DNA of 64,000 bases from assembly GCA_038087875.1 (NCBI GenBank), contig CM075996.1, positions 5,086,001 to 5,150,000 of the forward strand. Reading direction: 5' to 3'. The notes under the pieces were generated by a model. That model searched no databases, had not been told where the DNA came from, and was given only the letters and a program-made list of their open reading frames with translations. Positions 60,401 to 64,000 of the stretch are shown one piece after another. Numbering within the stretch: position 1 is the stretch's first letter; every line of letters starts with the position of its first letter. This DNA is from Malacoraja senta. Its lineage: Eukaryota. The translations under genes and the position numbers were made by a program.

Positions 60401-63379
60401 TGACCTGGAGCTGGCTGTTGCGCAGGTCGATCATCGACAGCGCGGGGCTGTGGACAAATGCCGTGGCCGCCAGATCCTGGAGGAACGTGTCGTCCATGGT
60501 CAGATGCTTCAGCGAACCCATCCGTAACGACTCCTCGCCAATGGAGGTCATCGGATTCCGACTGAGGTCCAATCTGACCACGGTCGTGAGCCTGGACAAG
60601 GCCTCCGACGGCAAATGCTGAAGCTCGTTGCTGTCCAGGTTCAGCCGCTTGAGAGTCCACAGCCCAGCGAAGGCCTCGTCTGCGATGTAGTTGACCATGT
60701 TCTTGGACAAGCGCATGTATTTGATTTGCTGGAGACCTTGGAAGAGCAGGGGAGGCAGGTAGACCAGGAAGTTCTGTTCCAGGTTTAAGAAGTTCAGGAA
60801 TCCCAGCTGACCAAAAGCACCGGGTTTGATCTCCTCGATTTTGTTGTTGTTGAGGATGAGTTGCTGGAGAGAGTAAAGCCCGTCAAAGGTCTCCTGGTAG
60901 ATTAATTCTACGTTATTGTACCCCAGATTGAGAGAGATCAGGCGGCCCAGGCCACGGAAGGCACCTTCACGAAGGTGGTTGATGTTACATTTCTGTAGGT
61001 TTAGGTGGGTGAGGTAGGGAATAGGAAGGAAGGCTCCAGTTGCAATTGTGTCAATGTTGTTGCCTCTGATGTCCAGCTCCTTAGTAGCCTGCAAAACAGA
61101 GAGTGGTCACCTACTTCTGTAGACATTTAATAACATAGAGACCATAGAAACATAGAATATAGGTGCAGGAGTAGGCTATTCGGACCTTCGAGCCTGCACC
61201 GCCATTCAATATGATCATGGCTGATCATCCAACTCAGTATCCTGTACCTGCCTTCTCTCCATACCCCCTGATCCCTTTAGCCACAAGGGCCACATCTAAC
61301 TCCCTCTTAAATATAGCCAATGAACTGGCCTCAACTACCTTCTGTGGCAGAGAATCCCACAGATTCACCACTCTCTGTGTGGAAAATGATTTTCTCATCT
61401 CGGTCCAAAAAGACTTCCCCCTTATCCTTAAACTGTGACCCCTTGTTCTGGACTTCCCCAACATCGGGAACAATCTTCCTGCATCTAGCCTGTCCAACCC
61501 CTTAAGAATCTTCTAAGTTTCTATAAGATCCCCCCTCAATCTTGTAAATTCTAGCGAGTACAAGCCGAGTCTATCCAGTCTTTCTTAATATGAAAGTCCT
61601 GCCATCCCAGGAATCAGTCTGGTATGTTCCTATGCTCTACCATAGGATGGTAGAGCATAGGAACAGGCCCTTCAGCCCACAAAGTCTGTGCTGATCATCA
61701 CACCCAATTAAACTGATCCCTTCTGCATTCATTTCATTTTCCCTAAATTCATAGGTTATAGGACCTGTAAATTCATAGGTCATAGGTCTTAGAATAAAGG
61801 GGAGGCCATTTAAGACTGAAGTGAGAAAAAACTTTTTTGCCCAGAGAGTTGTGAATTTGTGGAATTCCCTGCCACAGAGGGCAGTGGAGGCCAAGTCACT
61901 GGATGGATTTAAGAGAGAGTTAGATAGAGCTCTAGGGGCTAGTGGAATCAAGGGATATGGGGAGAAGGCAGGCACGGGTTATTGATTGGGGACGATCAGC
62001 CATGATCGCAATGAATGGCGGTGGTGGCTCGAAGGGCCGAATGGCCTCCTCCTGCACCTATTTTCTATGTTTCTATATGAGGCCATTTGGCCCATCGAGT
62101 CTATGATACGATACGATAGAACTTTATTTCTCCCAGGAGGGAAATTGATCTGCCAACACTCATAAAAACACAAAAAAAGTTAAAATAAAATGACGAGTGG
62201 AAAGGATTGGGGATGTGCAAAGATTGGGGAGGGGGGTCAGTCTCAGTCTACCCCATGACAGCTCGAATCAAGGGATACGGGGAGAAAGCAGGAACAGGGT
62301 ACTGATTTTGGATGATCGGCCAAGATCATATTGACCAACCCAGGCTGGTTCGAAGGGCCAAATGGACTACTTTTAGTTGAGTTTAGAGATACAGCATGGA
62401 AACAGGCCCTTCGGCCCACCGGGTCCACGCTGACCAGCGATTAACACTATCCTACACCCACTAGGGATAGTTTTTACATTTACCAAGCCAATTAACCTAC
62501 AAACCTGCACGTCTTTGGAGTGTGGGAGGAAACCGAAGATCTCGGAGAAAACCCACGCAGGTCACGGGGAGAACGTACAAACTCCGTACAGACAAGCACC
62601 CGTAGTCGGGATCGAACCCGGGTCTCTGGGGCTGCATTCGCTGTAAGGCAACAACTCTACCGCTGCGCCACCGTGACCGCCATAATCTTCTACCCCACCA
62701 TTCTACCTCCAGGTCCCTCAGGTCGGCCGACTTGGGGCGACTGGCTATCCCGCGATCTAGGTTTAAGCTCAGGGGTGACCGCGCTTTTGCGGTTGCAGCT
62801 CCTAGACTGTGGAACAGCATCGTGCTCCTCATCAGAACTGCCCTCACCATCGACTCCTTTAAGTCACGACTCAAAACCTATTTCTACTCCCAAGCGATTT
62901 TGAGCCCTTCTGATGCGGCACTGTAAACAGTTTGTGTATGTATTGTTAGGTCTGTCTACCGCTGTATGTATCAAATTAGTACCTGCACTGATGTGAAGCA
63001 CTTTGGTCAACGTGAGTTGTTTTTAAACGTGCTGTACAAATACATTTATTATTATTATTATTATTACTCCTGCACTTATTTTCTATGTTTCTGTCCATGT
63101 TTCCCAGAGATGCTGCCTGACCCCCCCGAGTTACTCCAGCGCTTGGTGTCCTAACATGGGCTCTGTTGCCATGAAGGTAGGTTGCGATTGGCTGCGGACC
63201 TGTGGTATGGTGATGGGGATGTCGGTGAGCTGTCTCCTGATGCAGGTCACCACGCCGTGGAGGTTGTCGCAGATGCAGTAGGGCGGGCAGGCTGCGGTCC
63301 CTACCGCCAGGGCAGCAAGGATGGCGGTCAGTGTCCAGAGTGGAGGAGCCCTGCTCTGACCGGGACAGCGACTGGGCAT
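57219..63379 (-). CDS. CHADL: Chondroadherin-like protein, whole spliced CDS span in the window (about 757 aa)
   Basis: Exons 63379-63200, 61088-59406, 58560-58394 and 57462-57219 join in frame. Signal peptide, LRRNT-LRRs-LRRCT, linker, second LRRNT-LRRs-LRRCT, basic tail. The doubled architecture distinguishes it from CHAD, and it sits next to L3MBTL2. Confidence 0.9.
58394..58560 (-). CDS. CHADL: CHADL exon (last LRRs, start of LRRCT)
   Basis: ISDAAFDGVSAGLQSLYLGNNRLSYIPSLANFRNLHTIDLSHNPWDCDCPLLHLR; 167 nt; TTTCAG| and AG|GTA. Confidence 0.93.
58655..59275 (-). mobile_element. Young CR1-clade LINE 3' fragment
   Basis: Uninterrupted 159-aa [16 protein letters not shown]...GYGEKAGSGY plus 3' UTR. 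Confidence 0.9.
59406..61088 (-). CDS. CHADL: CHADL large LRR exon (561 codons)
   Basis: ATKELDIRGNNI...LQHLWLNDMGLEK; LxxLxLxxN repeats, internal LRRCT (PIQCNC...C...C) and second LRRNT (CPDHCDC...C); TTGCAG| and AAG|GTGAG. Confidence 0.95.
61140..61623 (-). mobile_element. Young CR1-clade LINE 3' fragment
   Basis: Near-identical to 58655-59135, same orientation. Confidence 0.9.
62375..62681 (-). mobile_element. tRNA-derived SINE, full-length copy
   Basis: Same head, core and tail as 8401-8724, in reverse orientation. Confidence 0.85.
63200..63379 (-). CDS. CHADL: CHADL signal peptide and LRRNT exon
   Basis: MPSRCPGQSRAPPLWTLTAILAALAVGTAACPPYCICDNLHGVVTCIRRQLTDIPITIPQ; the ATG directly follows acceptor CTTTACAG, so an upstream exon probably lies outside the window; CAG|GT donor. 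Confidence 0.88.
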
Positions 63380-63656
63380 CTGTAAAGGTAAGACCATCAC
63401 ACCGTGAAGCTCAGACAGGACAACGTGTTTTAGGGAAGTGCATTTCTTTACGATACAATACAATAGAACTTTATTTATCCCAGGAGGGAAATTGATCTGC
63501 CAACAGTCATAAAAATCTAAATACATGAAACATTAATTTTAATTTTTGCTTTTTTTTTCTAAAATGTAATTATTGGTTCTGTTCTATTCTGTTCTGTAGT
63601 TTTTGCACAATCCGCAGCCATTGCCACTTTCATTTCACTGCACATCTTGTATGTGT

Positions 63657-63971
63657 CTTCTTATCTTATCTCACTGGCTATGATGCCTTCTGGCATGTAG
63701 GGCAGCTACGAAGGCCCTCCACTCAGTAGTGTTGGTTCCTCCAGTTGCTGTTTCCGTAACATATTTGTTTTACGAGACAGGGTTGTTAGCCCTGTGCTCA
63801 ACCTCCAACCTGGAGGAACCAGTGGATCGCTCTTCGTCTGGCCTCTCTACCCTTCCACCTGTCCAGCATGGGAGACCCTAACAGGAGACGAATCTCCCGC
63901 TGGCATAGCTCTAAGGGTCACTGAGACACACAAGCTCCCCGACCACGACAAGGTTGCAATCCAACGGGGAG
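63657..63971 (-). mobile_element. Bipartite non-autonomous RTE-type retroposon with predicted 5' HDV-like ribozyme
   Basis: 11-bp TSD CTTGTATGTGT (63646-63656, 63972-63982); RTE-like 5' UTR (ACCTTGTCGTGGT...GAGCTATG...AGGGTCTCCCA...CCAGACGAAGAGC) fused to an RTE-like ORF end (EWRAFVAALHARRHHSQ*) and a short tandem tail. Confidence 0.75.
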
Positions 63972-64000
63972 CTTGTATGTGTATGTGACAAATAAAGTTG

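Noticed and set aside
59215..60660. Several plus-strand and alternate-frame ORFs over the large CHADL exon
   Set aside because: Shadow ORFs of a GC-rich coding exon.

Overview
Repeat-dense vertebrate genomic DNA. The repeat content (tRNA-headed SINEs with CR1-type tails, CR1, Penelope) suggests a cartilaginous fish, probably a skate or ray; this is inference. I assembled two spliced protein-coding genes by hand, both on the minus strand. L3MBTL2 has 16 coding exons (45485 down to 10788, FCS zinc finger plus 4 MBT repeats, about 677 aa). Two of its exons are each 1 nt short inside a homopolymer run, probably assembly errors. CHADL has 4 coding exons in the window (63379 down to 57219, about 757 aa, two LRR arrays). 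A likely L3MBTL2 promoter lies near 47.4-47.6 kb, with CTCF-like motifs between the genes. The rest is mostly mobile DNA: SINEs; CR1, L2, L1-clade, Vingi-like and RTE-type retroelements; Penelope-like repeats; hAT and Harbinger-like MITEs; Helitron-like ends. The most interesting signal is three retroelement classes carrying predicted self-cleaving ribozymes. (1) A 140-nt TSD-flanked retroposon (4 copies) whose first 54 nt fold into a minimal HDV-like ribozyme starting exactly at the element's 5' end. (2) A bipartite RTE-type element with a related HDV-like fold. (3) Many Penelope terminal repeats with minimal hammerhead cores. All family assignments and human comparisons come from recalled sequence features, not database searches, and no ribozyme activity has been tested.
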